Below are positions 13,631-26,300 of a stretch of 64,000 bases of DNA, piece by piece. This stretch comes from Felis catus (lineage: Eukaryota): positions 57,848,001-57,912,000 of the forward strand of contig NC_058382.1 in NCBI RefSeq assembly GCF_018350175.1, read 5' to 3'. Numbering within the stretch: position 1 is the first letter of the stretch; each line of letters starts with the position of its first letter. The position numbers and the translations under genes are program-made. The notes under the pieces were generated by a model. It was not told the DNA's origin. It ran no database searches and saw only the letters and a list, made by a program, of their open reading frames with translations.

Positions 13631-14101
13631 CAGCCTGTCCCACCGCGTGACACTGTCTCGAGGTACGGAAGTTTGTTTCCCTTTCCCTCGGAATTTTTAC
13701 TTGTTCACAGACTGCATCCCTGTGATGCAGAACAAAATCGAAAGGTGCCAGGACTAGAATGCACTTGTCTTTTTTTCCAGCCCTTTTCTGTACGTCTGCT
13801 TCACTGTTACATAAGAAGATTGCAATTCACGCCCTACAATAGTCGCAGCAGCCAGACCAGAGGACGGCATGCTGGGTTGGGTTGGGGGGGGGGGCGGGGC
13901 GCTCAGGAAATATTTTTGACTGCAGACCGTTTTGTTTACTTGGCTGTGAAGGGAACATCATTCACTCACGTTCTAATTGTTTCCAACTGCATCATCACTG
14001 ATTACTGTTGCCTCACTTTGTGAGACTTTATTTGCCAGTTTCCTGTATTTAGATCCCACCCCCCCCCCCAATTTATCAGGATTAGAAATACTGTTGTTGC
14101 T

Positions 14102-15175
14102 GGGGCCCCTGGGTGGCTCCGTCAGTAAAGTCTCCAGTTTCGGCTCAGGTCATGATCTCAGGGTTCACGGGTTCGAGCCCTGCATCGGGCTCTGTGCGGA
14201 CAGCTCAGAGCCTAGAACGTGCTTCGGATTCTGTGCCTCCCCCCCTTTCTCTCCCCCTCCCCTCCTCGAGCTCTGTCTCTCTCTCTCTGTCTCTCAACAA
14301 TCAACGTAAAATAAAAAAAGAAATACTGTTATTACAGGGAGCATTTTTCTCCACGTAACTAGCTTTGAGTTGAATTATTTTCTTAGGATACACTTCTAGC
14401 ATTTGAATTCTTGGATCAGCGGATAGAAAAGTACGAGCTATAGAAAATACCTTCCAGGCGTACCTGGCTGGCTCAGTCGGAGGAACACAGCACTCTTGAT
14501 CTTGGGGTCATGAGTTTGAGCCCCACGGTGCGTGCAGAGATTACATAACCCAACCAACTGACAAATAAATAAATACATAAATGAAAATAGTTTCTAGAGC
14601 CTTATTTTTCCCTGTTGTCAGGGTTACTTGAGGGTATTAACTTGACCGTATCCTCATCAGCGTTTAGATTGCATTTTAAAGTTTCTGCTAACTTAGTACC
14701 TAATGGCACCTAATTGTTTTAATTTGCTTATCTGCCTGTGTGGTTATTAGTGTTGGCTGAAGAATTGCCTAAGCATTTAGCAATAGTATTTCTCCTTGGT
14801 GACTTGCCTATTTGAATAGTTTGTGTATCTACTCGAATATAGAGTTTTCGGTCGGGTTGGGGTGGGTGGATTTCTGATACAGATATTACTGACCCAATTC
14901 TGTCATACTGACTGCACACATTTTCCCAGTGTGTGATTTTTCCGTTTTTAACATCCAGTGTGTTGTTACAGGGGTGATTTTCTCTGCTTTGGAGAATCTG
15001 AGAAGGTCGTGGCCAGAAGGATCTTAGAATTCAAGCCTGACTGGGGCACCTGGGGGGCTCCGTTGGTTAAGCATCTTGACTCTTGATCTCAGCTCAGGTC
15101 TTGATCTCAGGGTCACGAGTTTGAGCCCCATTTGGGGCTCTATGCCGGACATGAAGCCTACTTAAAAAAAAAAAA
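14102..15175 (+). mobile_element. Three Can-SINEs (14102-14320, ~14455-14590, ~15043-15175)
   Basis: SINE heads and tails; the first has TSD agaaatactgtt. Confidence 0.82.
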
Positions 15176-16980
15176 GAATTCAAGCTAGACCACAGTGTCT
15201 CAGTCGGGGAGACCCCGGCCCAGAGAGCAGAGCCCGTGGGCGCAGGTGTTGGGAGGGGAGTCAGGGCCGCCCCCAGCTCCAGACCATCACTCCTCAGTCT
15301 CTGCCTCTCGGAGTGGTAGCGCTGTCTCCTGAACCCCTAAAAGCCCCACGTTGCTCTCCTGGCCCAGAAAGTTCTTTTAAGTGGAGATATTCGCCTCTCT
15401 TTTCTGGGCCAGCGCAAGCTTCGTAGGACTCTACCGAAGATGCGTCGTTGTTACTCCAAGAGCAAGGAGCCAGTGTTCCGTCTCCCTGACTCAGGGCATT
15501 TAAAAATATCCTGGGCTGGGGAATTCGGAGGAGCCCGTGATCGATTTGTGAGCACCAAGCTCTTAACAGGCAGCAAAGGCGGTTCTGATATTGAATTACG
15601 CTCAGGAGACGCATTGCGGCCGTGTCGCTGGCCACCTGTCAGCTAAGATGCTTGGGGTCTGCCGAGGGTGAGGAGAAGGACGTGTCCAGTCTTGAGGTCG
15701 CTCTTGTCTGGGGGAGCTGACGTGGCAGGGCGAGATCTCACTTCCTGCTGAGCTGTCTGCCGCTCCTCACCCGGGAGGGAGGGTCGCAGAACCGGTGGGT
15801 GACTCCCCAGCTGGCAGCCAGGAGACCCCGTTTAGGTGCGAAGGTTTCGGTCCCATCGTGGACCCTCCCGGCCCTTCGAGCACATTCACGGGTAGCTGTG
15901 TCCACCCATTCACAGACGTGCGGCCAACACTCCCTTAGTGCTGGAGGCTGGACCGCTGCACAGGTGCTCCAGGGGCTCTTACTCCAGAGGGATAAGCAGA
16001 GATGCCAATATCTACCCGTGAAGCTAACGGAATTGCAAATGGGTGCAAATCAAATACGGAGGGGCGCAGAGGAATCGCTGAATACTTTTGAACAGGGGTG
16101 GCGTGAGCTGCTCGGGAGAGGTGGGGCTGTGTCAGCCCGGGGCGATGGACGGCATCCGGGCAGGGGGAGGCGGGAAGAAGGCACGGAGCGGGAAGGGGGA
16201 GCGGCAGAAGGAACGGGCGCCACAGATGCACGCCGTCCCCCAGCCCGCTCTGTGCAGGGAGGGGGCAGGAAGGAGAAGGGGGGTCCGGGCGGCACACGGC
16301 CCTCGGAAGCCATCGGAGGGCGTGCGAGGGACGGGAGAAGGGACGTCTGTGTGGCGGCCTGCGGAGGTTCTGGGTCTTGAGTGGAAGACTCCTCAGAAAG
16401 GAGCCCGGGAGGGAAGAGATGCCAGGCCGGCAGCCGACTCCAACGGCAGGGAGCGGGCCCGTGTGTCCTTGGTGATGTTCTGATTCTAGCCCGGGGTCAG
16501 CCTTTTTGTTTAGTGGCATCACTCAGGTGGCCCAGAGCAGGGGGAGGGCCAGCAGGCCCGGTGCCTCGGAAGTCTGTTGAGCTTGGAGGAATCCCGATCG
16601 TTGGTGTTTATTCGTGCGTTTATTTGACAAAGAGTTACCGAGTGCCTACCACGTGCCAGGCGTGTGACAGCAAAGTAGACGGTGACGAAATGATGTCCAT
16701 GTAGAGACGTCCCGAATTCTGGACGTCTGGAGCCTGTTCCCTATCCAGGGAATCTTGGGGCCTCGCTGATTCGGCAGAGTCTGGAGTCCCAGAGCTGCGT
16801 TCCCCTTACGCGGGCGTAGCGGTAACGCTGATGTGCCTTCCCTCCTAGATGCCTTAGGGCGCGAGAGCCGCCCCAGAGGACGCCTGGTGGCCAGCAGCGC
16901 CCGAGCAGCTCGTGTGCGTGGCCTCCAGCTCCCGCTGACGCCCCCGGGAACGCGGTCCGCCTGGAATCCCCCCCCAAACC

Positions 16981-17309
16981 ATGGAGGCCCCGGAGGTGCC
17001 CGTGGGTGCGCTGCTTGACTTCGGGACTGAGCCAGCCGCGCCCTCGCCCCTGGAGGCGTTGCCTCCGAAGCTGCAGGATGGGGACAGCTCGCAGGGCGAC
17101 GGGGCTTCGGAGAGCGAGACCACGGAGTCCGCGGACAGCGAGAATGACATGGGCGAGTTGCCCTCACACCCGTCCTGGGACCAGTACCGCCGCTCCTCCT
17201 CCAACGAGTCCTTCTCTTCCAACCAGAGCGCCGAGTCGGCCGAGGACGAGGAGACCCAGGAGCTCCGGGAATTCATGCGCGGCTACGTGGACAAGATCTT
17301 CTCTGGAGG
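16981..17309 (+). CDS. KIAA0513: KIAA0513 first coding exon (acidic/Ser-rich N-terminus)
   Basis: Kozak-like aaacc[13 protein letters not shown]...YVDKIFSG; donor GG|GTGAGC at 17310; probable acceptor ccttccctcctag ending at 16848. Confidence 0.95.
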
Positions 17310-20300
17310 GTGAGCCCCCGGGACGCGGCTCTCCGCCGGGGTGGGGCTTGTGCTCCCGCACCTGCCGGTGAGGCCGGAAACTTTCCGTTTCCCAGACTCC
17401 TCTTCGTGCTCGTGGGCAGCGGGGCCTTCAGCAGCTGCCAGGGTGGGGGCCCTTCCTTGGTCCTCTTTCTTTTTTCTTTTTTAATTTATTTATTTTGAAA
17501 GAGAAAGAGAGCCCGCCTGCGGGAAGGGACAGAGAGGGAGGGAGAATCCCAAGCAGGCTCCATGCTGTCCGCACAGAGCCCGACATGGGGCTCGAACTCA
17601 CAAACTGCGAGATGATGAGCCCAGCCGAAGTCGCACGCCCAACCGACCGAGCCCCCCAGGCGCCCCGCTTGCTCCTCTCTCTTGCCTTTCCTTCGCAGTT
17701 TTTTGGGGTGTTAATAGGCGCCCTGGCAAGGGAACACACGGAGCGGAGGGGGGTTGGGATCAGGCGGAGGAGGGGGTGCCTGTGGGTGGGTCCCCGCTTG
17801 TCCATATCTCCACGTGGGGGTGGGGCACAAACCCAAAGCCCTGGGCTTCCGACGTCAGCCGTTGCCTTGCGTCCCGGCCGCCCGCTAGTCCCTGGCGGCC
17901 TTGCCTCCCGTCTGTGGTCTGTGGACCCGCAGCGTCAGCGTCCCGGGAGCTCGGGGCAAGTGCGGGTCTCGGGCCCCAGCCAGGCCCACTGAGTCTGAAT
18001 CTCCATTCTAACCAAACCTCTGCACTCTCTGTACACGCCCTTTGGTGAGAGGAGCTGAGGACCCCACAGGATAAGTTTCCAGTTTTATTAACACAGTAGG
18101 AACTTCTGCCTGTTGACCCAGTGCAGAGAGGCATTATTTCCTACCGCGATTTGGGTCCCTTGTTTGTAATCTGGCAAGGTTGACGCCTGCCTTTGCCAGG
18201 TGTATCTCCGTTTTCTTTGCAGTCAGAAGAGGGGGGAAGACCGGGGGCCCCCGGTGGCTCAGTGGGTTCAGCGTCCGACTTCGGCTCAGGTCACGATCTC
18301 ACAGTTCGTGGGTTCGAGCCCGGCGTCGGGCTCTGTGCTGACAGCTCGGAGCCTGGAGCCCGCTTCGGATTCTGTCTCCGGCTCTCTCTGCCCCTCCCCT
18401 GCTCGTGCTCTGTCTCTCTCTCAAAAAGAAATAAATCTTTTTAAAATTCTGAAATACACGATAACAAAACATGAAGAAAAGGAAAAAGAAAAAAGGGAAG
18501 AGCTCAGTGAAATCCGAATATTGGCCTCTCCCAACATGCATTCGTGTTGGACTTTGAACGCATTCTGGGAGAGCAGTAGATCTGGCTCCCTCCTAATTCT
18601 TTTTGACTAACACTGGAATGAGTCAGCTTCCTCTGAGCACACCCAGTTAATGAAAGGGGAGAAAGCCCAGAAGCCTGCTAATCTGTCTGGAAGGCCGATC
18701 TATATTTGCCACAGCCCGTCAGCGGTACGTAGCAAGGACAGCTGAGCTGGACGCGTCTTCGAGAGCGTTCCAGAAATCGCTGCAAACCGGCTGGCGCCTT
18801 CTCCTGTTTCATCTGGTGTTGGTATTTTGGGATAAGTGAGACCAAGATGTTTCCCACAAAACCTTAAATAAAGGAAAAGTCGCACGAGCTGATTGAGCCT
18901 CAGCCTTCTGCCGCGCCTTTGTTTTGCCTCTACACGTGGGGTAGCGTATCGGCTTTCCACGAAGAGTGATCAGAAGTGGTTTTTGAGGTCGGGGGAGCGT
19001 TCGGTTCCCCCACCCCCTCCAGGGTCCCCCAGTCTCCCTCACACACAGAGCCAGGATCGTCAGAGAGGGGAGCAGGCTGGGTCCTCATGGTAACTGACCG
19101 TCACCCCCGCATCAAGGCAGTGTGTCCTGCTGGGGCTGAGCAAGTTAGCTGTTCTGGAATGTGCTGTGGCTCTGTGCTGACTTCACCAATGAGTGGGAAG
19201 GCGGCTGAGCTAGAGAACTGGGCCCTCAGAGGGTCGTGTGACCCCGGCCGGTGCTCCCATGTCACGGGAGGCAGGACCGAGGGGATGGGACACGGGCTTT
19301 GGAGCCGGGACGTCTGGATGGAGCTCCCGTTTGCCACTCGCCTGCTGTGTCTGGTCCCCTGAGCCAGTCTCCTGTCTTTGAAATAGAAACGACCCCATTT
19401 CCTCGTGGGGGTCGCCTGAGGGCGGGGTGAGCCGGGGCCAGGAAAGGGGTGTGTGGGGGGGGGGCAGGGCAGTACTTACTCGTTCCTCCTCCCCCCGTCC
19501 CCTGCTGTGGCCGTGTTTGTTCCAGAGGACTGAAAGTTGCTTTCTTCTCCTCTGTTCCTTTCAGGGAGGACTTGGACCAGGAGGAGAAAGCCAAGTTTGG
19601 GGAGTACTGTAGCAGTGAGAACGGAAAAGGCCGGGAGTGGTTTGCTCGATACGTGAGCGCCCAGGTGAGGGGTGGTGACGGCAGGTGCTGGTGATGTGGG
19701 ACACTCGGGCCACGTCTGCCTCACCCACTTTGGAGGAAAGAGTCCAGGGAGATGATCCAGCAGGAAAACAAGTAAAACTTACCCAAAGATGTTCTGAAAA
19801 GGCCTAGTTAGAATGGCGGGAAGTGGGAAAAGTAGCTCGTGTAGATGCCCCCCGCTAGAAAGAAACCTGAGCAAACTGGTCTTTTAAGTGCGTGAAATGA
19901 CAGACAAGTTAGTTTTGTTGTGTTTTGCTTACAATTTATTTTATTTTAGAGGGAGAGAGAGCGAGTGAGTGGGGGAGATGGGCAGCGGGGTAGAGAAAGA
20001 ATCTCAGGCAGGCACCACAGTCGGGGCGGAGCCTGACGTGGGGCTCGATCTCACGACCGTGAGATCATGACCTGCGCCGAAATCAAGTCGGACGCTCAAC
20101 CGACTGAGCCACCCAGGTGCCCGGGACAAGTTTTTTAAGGGCAAGCTTGTGGACTGTGTCCATGCATAGTTTTATTCAATAACTCACAACATTCAGTTTT
20201 TACAAAGATCATCAAGGCAGTGACAGCCATGTGAATTCAGAAAAGAATTTTTTTTTTTGTAAATACCTGCTAGGTCCTTTTTTTTCTGTAAAGTAGCTTA

Positions 20301-23300
20301 AACCCTTAGCTTTTAAAATATTTTTTACTTTAATTTTTTTTTTTAATGTTTATTTTTGAAGGAGAGAGAGACAGAGCGTGAGCAGGGGAGGGGCAGAGAG
20401 AGAGGGAGACCCGAATCCGCAGCAGGCTCCGGGCTCTGAGCCGTCAGCACAGAGCCGGATGCGGGGCTCGAACCCACAAACCATGAGATCATGACCTGAG
20501 GCCAAGTCGGAGGCTTCACCCATGGGGCTGCCCAGGCGCCCCGGCTTTTAAAGTGTCTTTATCACAATTTATTGGCTCCAAGAAAAATTAGAAGATGCAG
20601 ATCAGCAAAAATAGAGAAGCGACCCATAAATCTACAACCCAGAAATCGGCCGTGTTGCCATTTGGGGGGTTTAGTCCCTCCAAACTGTTCTGTGTTTTGT
20701 GGGCGGGTGTGTCGCATCCCTAGACTTAACACTTCCGAGGAGACGCGGGAAGACGTCGGCTTGGGCTTTGCCGAGCGACGGTCGTGTGTCCGGGCCAGCG
20801 CTCTGCTCGGGGTCCCGCTTTCCGTAGCGCAGGCGGGGCTGCTACCGCCGGGGGCTCGCGGGCCCGGCTGTGTCTAGCGGTGCCCGGCGCGGTAAGCCCT
20901 GTGCCACCTGCGCCCCCGTGACGCGTCTGCCCTGTTCCTGGACAGCGCTGCAATTCCAAGTGCGTCTCAGAGGCGACCTTCTACCGCCTGGTGCAGTCTT
21001 TCGCCGTCGTCCTGTTCGAGTAAGTCGTGCTGTTGCTCACAGCCTTTGTCCTACGAGCGTGTCTCCCCCCGACCCCCGTCCTGCCCCGTCCTAACCCAGG
21101 CCTTACAGCACCTGCTCGGAAATCCCGGCATCCACCGAGAGGCAAGGCGGTGCCGGCCTCTCGCGGGAGGGAGTTTGGGTCCTCCCCTCAGGCCCCCCTC
21201 AGGAGAGGTTAGGGGACTGCACCTGGGCCCTCGGGACAGGCTGGGATAACACGCACTTGACCCTGCCCTCCTGCGCAGGGCCGTGGCGTTTTCTTGATTT
21301 CCTGCCGTGAAGTACTTCGAACTAGACAAGCGCCCACCTAATGATCGGATCGGATCCGATGAGTGCAGCCTGCCCTGCGTGCTAAGTAGGCCCCCTGGAG
21401 CCTTTTATCACAGACAGCACAGTAGTCCCCGTAGGGGGTGTGCGTGGGGGAGGCAGGCCACGTGAGTGAGTCACGGGCTCTCTCCCCCTCAGGCCGCGGG
21501 GCTCTAGGGCTGCCAGACCCACGTCATTCATCCTGGACCTGCGTCAGAGCAGGCGACAGCCCCCCCTCCTTCCCCCCAGCATGAAATGGAGGGGATGTGG
21601 CTCTGCCTTGGAGATGTGGGACAGCAGCTTTACCGATGCGGGGGAGGGGAGGCAAGGCACCGTGGGTGGGAAAGGACAGGGTGGGGGGAAGCCCCGATCT
21701 GACAGTCATTTGTGCCCCCGCTTACCCTCCTTCCATCATCATGGCCTCAAAGCAGCCCCGTGGCTTGTCCCCATGTCCCCATTGTCCTTCCAGGCTTGAA
21801 ACTCCCTCCTCCCCGCAGAAAGGTAGCTCCTGTTGTGACCCTTAGCCCCCCTGTGTCTGGATGTCCCCTCACCTCTCTCTGTTCCCCCACGACTGTGGAG
21901 CACAGACTGGAGGGGAAAGACCGTAAAAAGGAGGATCCCCATGTTTCCGGCGCTTGCTCAGAATGTCCCAAGTTGAAGACGGGCTCCCGTGGGGGGCTTC
22001 TGGGTCTCGGAGCTGGCGGGGGCGGGGGGGGGGTGCAGTTCCAAGCAGGCCCAGCTGTCTTGTGCACAACAGGCTCACCGGCACTGAGACCACTCAGCTT
22101 CCAGTCACATCGATAGGAATTCTCACGAATCCGTATTTTACAGAGACTGCACCTGTTCCGCTTGGCGACAGAAGTATTTCATTCTCCACTTCCTTTGAAT
22201 TTTCCCTTAAATAAAATTGGGGTGGGTGGGGGGAGGAAATTCCCTTCAAATTCCAACCGGACCGAAACACAGAATCTCCCCCATTGCTTTGTGAGTGTAT
22301 ATATTTTTGTGTGTGGTTGGGAGAAAAGAAACCTTCTAATATGTTTTAAATATTTACTAATTTTTAAAGTTTATGAGTTTTTTTAAAATATCTAGCTTAT
22401 GAATGTCTTTCGTTTTTACTTTTATTTATAGTCTTTTATGATTTTATTGGCAGTTTAGTGAAGTTTTATATTCTCTTTATATTGAAAGCTAACTGGCCCT
22501 GACCCTACTGTCTAGATAAAGTCCATCGACTTTTTTTTTTTTTTTTTTTTTTTTTAAATAATACTCATCCAAGGTTAGGAACTAAACGGGAAAGAAAAGT
22601 GCAGAATCACAGGATAGGGAGGCACAGCGCCTAAAATGGAGAGGGGATCCCCTTTATACAGCCCTGCCCTGGCTCCTGCGGTCTTGCCCCTGACAATGAC
22701 TCCTGTGGATGGTGTGCACCCCAGAGAATCTGTGTCTTTCCAGGAAAGGCACTGCACCCACACGCACTTCTGCATTTGTGACGGCTCCGTGATGTTCTGA
22801 TATCTGAACGTCCCAGCGTTTCTCCGACTCATGCCCTCTGGATGGTAGATTGTTCCTCTCCCTCATCTGCCCTGGCTCACGTGCTGCTAGACGTCACCGT
22901 CACATCTGCAGCTGTCGCAGTGCACATTCCTAGCGGCAGACGGGGCCCCTGTTTGAAGATTTCCCGCCCCCCCCCCCCCTTTGCGCTTGCTGAGTTGACC
23001 GGACCTCTGTGTAGCTCATACATCTTAACATAGTAAGAACAATACAATAATGATAATCCTTTGCATCTGGAGAACATTTTTGAGTATAGAAAGGTTCTTG
23101 TGTATACTAATTAGATTTTTCAGCAAGTGACGTAGGGCAGGGAGGTATTCATATTCCCAGTGGTTCTCAAAGTGCTGTCCCGGGGCCCAGGAGCATCGGA
23201 ACATCAGCTTCACAAGGCAGTATGTTAGAAACGCAAGTTCTTAGGCCAACTGCCCCAGACCCACACAACCAGACTCTGGGGGTGGGCCCAGTAGTCCACA

Positions 23301-26300
23301 TCTTAACCGCCCTCGCGGTGATTCTGACCTAACTCAGGAACTTCAGTGTCTGTAACTTCAGTTCTGATGTAACCGAAAACCACGGACAGCATGGACCCTC
23401 TAACTCACTGCTGATTCCTGAGAACTAGGGGCTGGAGGGCCGCATGGCCTGGGGCCAGTGGTTTCGGCCTGAGACCCGAGGCCCGACTTCCAGTCCTGGC
23501 GCTGCTCCTGTGTGTAGGATTAAGCGTCCTGAGCCTTTCCTGTTCTGCCCCGAAGGGAGGGAGGCCAGGCTGAGGGAGAGGCCAGGAACGCCTTCCCACC
23601 CAGGATCACAGCCGTCCCCAGCTGTGTGCCCGTGGGTAACTCACCTAATTGAGGATTATCTTTGTTGCCTCTCCATAGCATCTGGGGGAGTGAAGTATTA
23701 ATTTGGACGTGCTTACAAAACGTCGAGGTCTTGTTTCATGAACTTGCAGGGAGAAAACCGGGCACAACAATTTTTTTACTCAGTCAGCCTTGCTTCCCGT
23801 ATCAGGTGCCACCAGATGGACGACTTCGGGCCTGCCAAGAACCTCATGACCATGTGCTTCACCTACTACCACGTCGGTAAGGCCCAGGGACGCGGCGGCC
23901 GTGGGGCCAAACGTGGAGACCCCAGACTTGTCAACCTGTAACGTGACAGCAAGTGAGGGTTTCCTCCCGATTAGAGGCAAAGGCGTGAGGCTTCCAGAAA
24001 ACAATAGCACCTGACAAGTGAGATTCCTAAAACAGGAGAAGACGCGGTCTGTGGGAGGTTGACTATCCGTGGTAGGGAGGAGACCACCCAGCAGCTGGGA
24101 GGAGAGAGAATAAGTTCGTTTGGCGGGACGTTGCTATTCGGGAATAGCAGGATGTGAGGACATCAGTTTCATGTTTTAGCAAGATGTGAGGTGGATGGCT
24201 GTTGGAGAGAGATGGGGGGAGCGGGCCAGGGTCTTAGGGAGGAAAGCGTCCCTGGGTGTGGGCTGGAGAGGCCCTCACGAAGAGTGTGGGTTCTTCTTCA
24301 TCCCGAGATCTGACAGCTCTTCTGGCTCATTGCGCTGGAACTTTCTGGTAATCGGAGCTCGAGGCTCCCTGTGTGAAGTTCCTTGGGCATGACAGAGGGA
24401 CTCGTTCAGGCCGCCGTAGGCAGAAGGCCACTTGGGGCCTGTGTGTGGACCAGAGCCGGGTCAGGGCGGCGCTAAGCCTGGCCTCCCTTCCCACCCCCCC
24501 AGGACACACGGGTCTGCTCTCGTGCTGTAACCCCACGTCCTCTGCAGCGTGGCTTCGCCCTCTCTCCGCTCCCAGCTGCCCATCCTCGCCGTGCCTCGCT
24601 TCTGCTGGCGATAGCTGGTCAGGCGGCCTCAGCTCGAGGCCAGGCCGGCACTGGGCGGGCCCTCCGTCCATGGGATCCCCTGGTCCAAACCGTGGCTCCT
24701 TCTCAAAGAACAGCGGACGTGGCCCGTCTGAGTCACATCTGTGCACAGAGCAGCTTACGTTAGTAGGGGACACTCAGCACCTTAGCCTGGGGGGGCACTT
24801 TGCCCCAAAGTGGGTATCTTTGACTGAGGTAGGGTCTTGATCTATAGGCGTGCCTTGACCTGAAGGGGGCAGCTTGACTCAGAGGAGACCCCTTGGCCTG
24901 TAGGGGGCGCCTTGACCTCGGCTAGACCCTTTGCCTGTAGGGGATGCCTTGACCTGCAGGAGACCTATTGACCTGTAGGGGGCGCCTTGACCTCGGCTAG
25001 ACCCTTTGCCTGTAGGGGATGCCTTGACCTGCAGGAGACCTATTGACCTGTAGGGGGCGCCTTGACCTCGGCTAGACCCTTTGCCTGTAGGGGATGCCTT
25101 GACCTGCAGGAGACCTATTGACCTGTAGGGGGCGCCTTGACCTCGGGTAGACCCTCTGCCTGTAGGGGGCGCCTTGTCCTGCAGGAGACCCTTTGCTGCA
25201 GGGGGCCTTGGCCTATTTACCGTCGTCTCCCGGGAAGCCACGCTCCTGGTTCAGGCCCTCCAGCTTCTTCAGGGCTGGCTGCTCACCTGTTTCTTTTAGC
25301 CCCTGTGCGCCTGGCTGCCCTCTCGTACACAGTAGGCGTCACCCTCCGCCTTCCCGGGCGTCTGGGGGCCTTTGCGTGTCGCGGCCGCCGCCACAGAACG
25401 GCTCCTGCCACGCAGTGTGGTTCCATCCCTGCCCCCTCCCGCCTCTCCCCCCTCCAGGCAAGCCGCAGCTGCTGCCCCCCGAGTCCAAGGAGAAACCCGC
25501 GGGGAGCATCGACTCCTACCTCAAGTCCGCCAACAGCTGGCTGGCAGAGAAGAAGGACATCGCCGAGCGGCTGCTGAAGAACACGTCTGCCAAGACGGAG
25601 AACGTCAAGGGCTTCTTCGGGGGGCTGGAGACCAAGCTGAAGGGACCCCTGGTCAGGAAACCAGAGTAGGTGTCGCCGGGTGTGCGTCCCTCTGGGACCC
25701 ACGGCAGAGGCCGCGTTCGGCCCGCCAGTGGCGGTGGCGGGGAGGCCCTGGCCTGGCAGGGGGGGAGTCTGGTGACCTTGGGGGCCTGCCAGCCGCTCCC
25801 AGGAAGCGTGGCGGCCGGCCCCGTGTGAGTCCTCACCCCGAGTTTTCTGTGCTTTGCAAATGCCATTGGGTTGGCTGCTGGGCAGGGGTGTCCCCTGGGG
25901 CACTGATGGGGAGCGTGTGGAAACTGTCTGCGGGCAGGAGCGGGATCACAAGCCCTCTGGTGAGGGTCAGTGGGCGGTGGAGACACCACTGTCCCCGGGA
26001 CAGCTGTTCTCCCACAGGAGCTTGGGAGCCTTCTGGGTCGGGGCACTTGAGAACGGGGTGTCGAAGTGAAGACCTCCCAGGAAAGGGGGCACGTCAGCAA
26101 GAGAGTGCCCGGGTTCCCGGTGCCCGTCCACCCCCTGCAGCCCCCACTGTCACCTCCGGTGGCGGGTTTCCACCATGGCTTGGCTCCGTTCCTCGTCTGG
26201 TGCAGGCAGCTTTGGATTCAGAGAAAATGGGGCAAGGTAGCCTAAGTGCCCCATCTTAATTCTGGAAGATTGGCAATTGGTAAACGTAGCGTTGCTTTAA

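Noticed and set aside
21349..21360. 12-bp palindrome ATCGGATCCGAT
   Set aside because: Short, part of a small ATCGG repeat; expected by chance in 64 kb
25372..26259. 295-aa plus-strand ORF
   Set aside because: Off-frame overlap of a KIAA0513 exon running into a GC-rich intron
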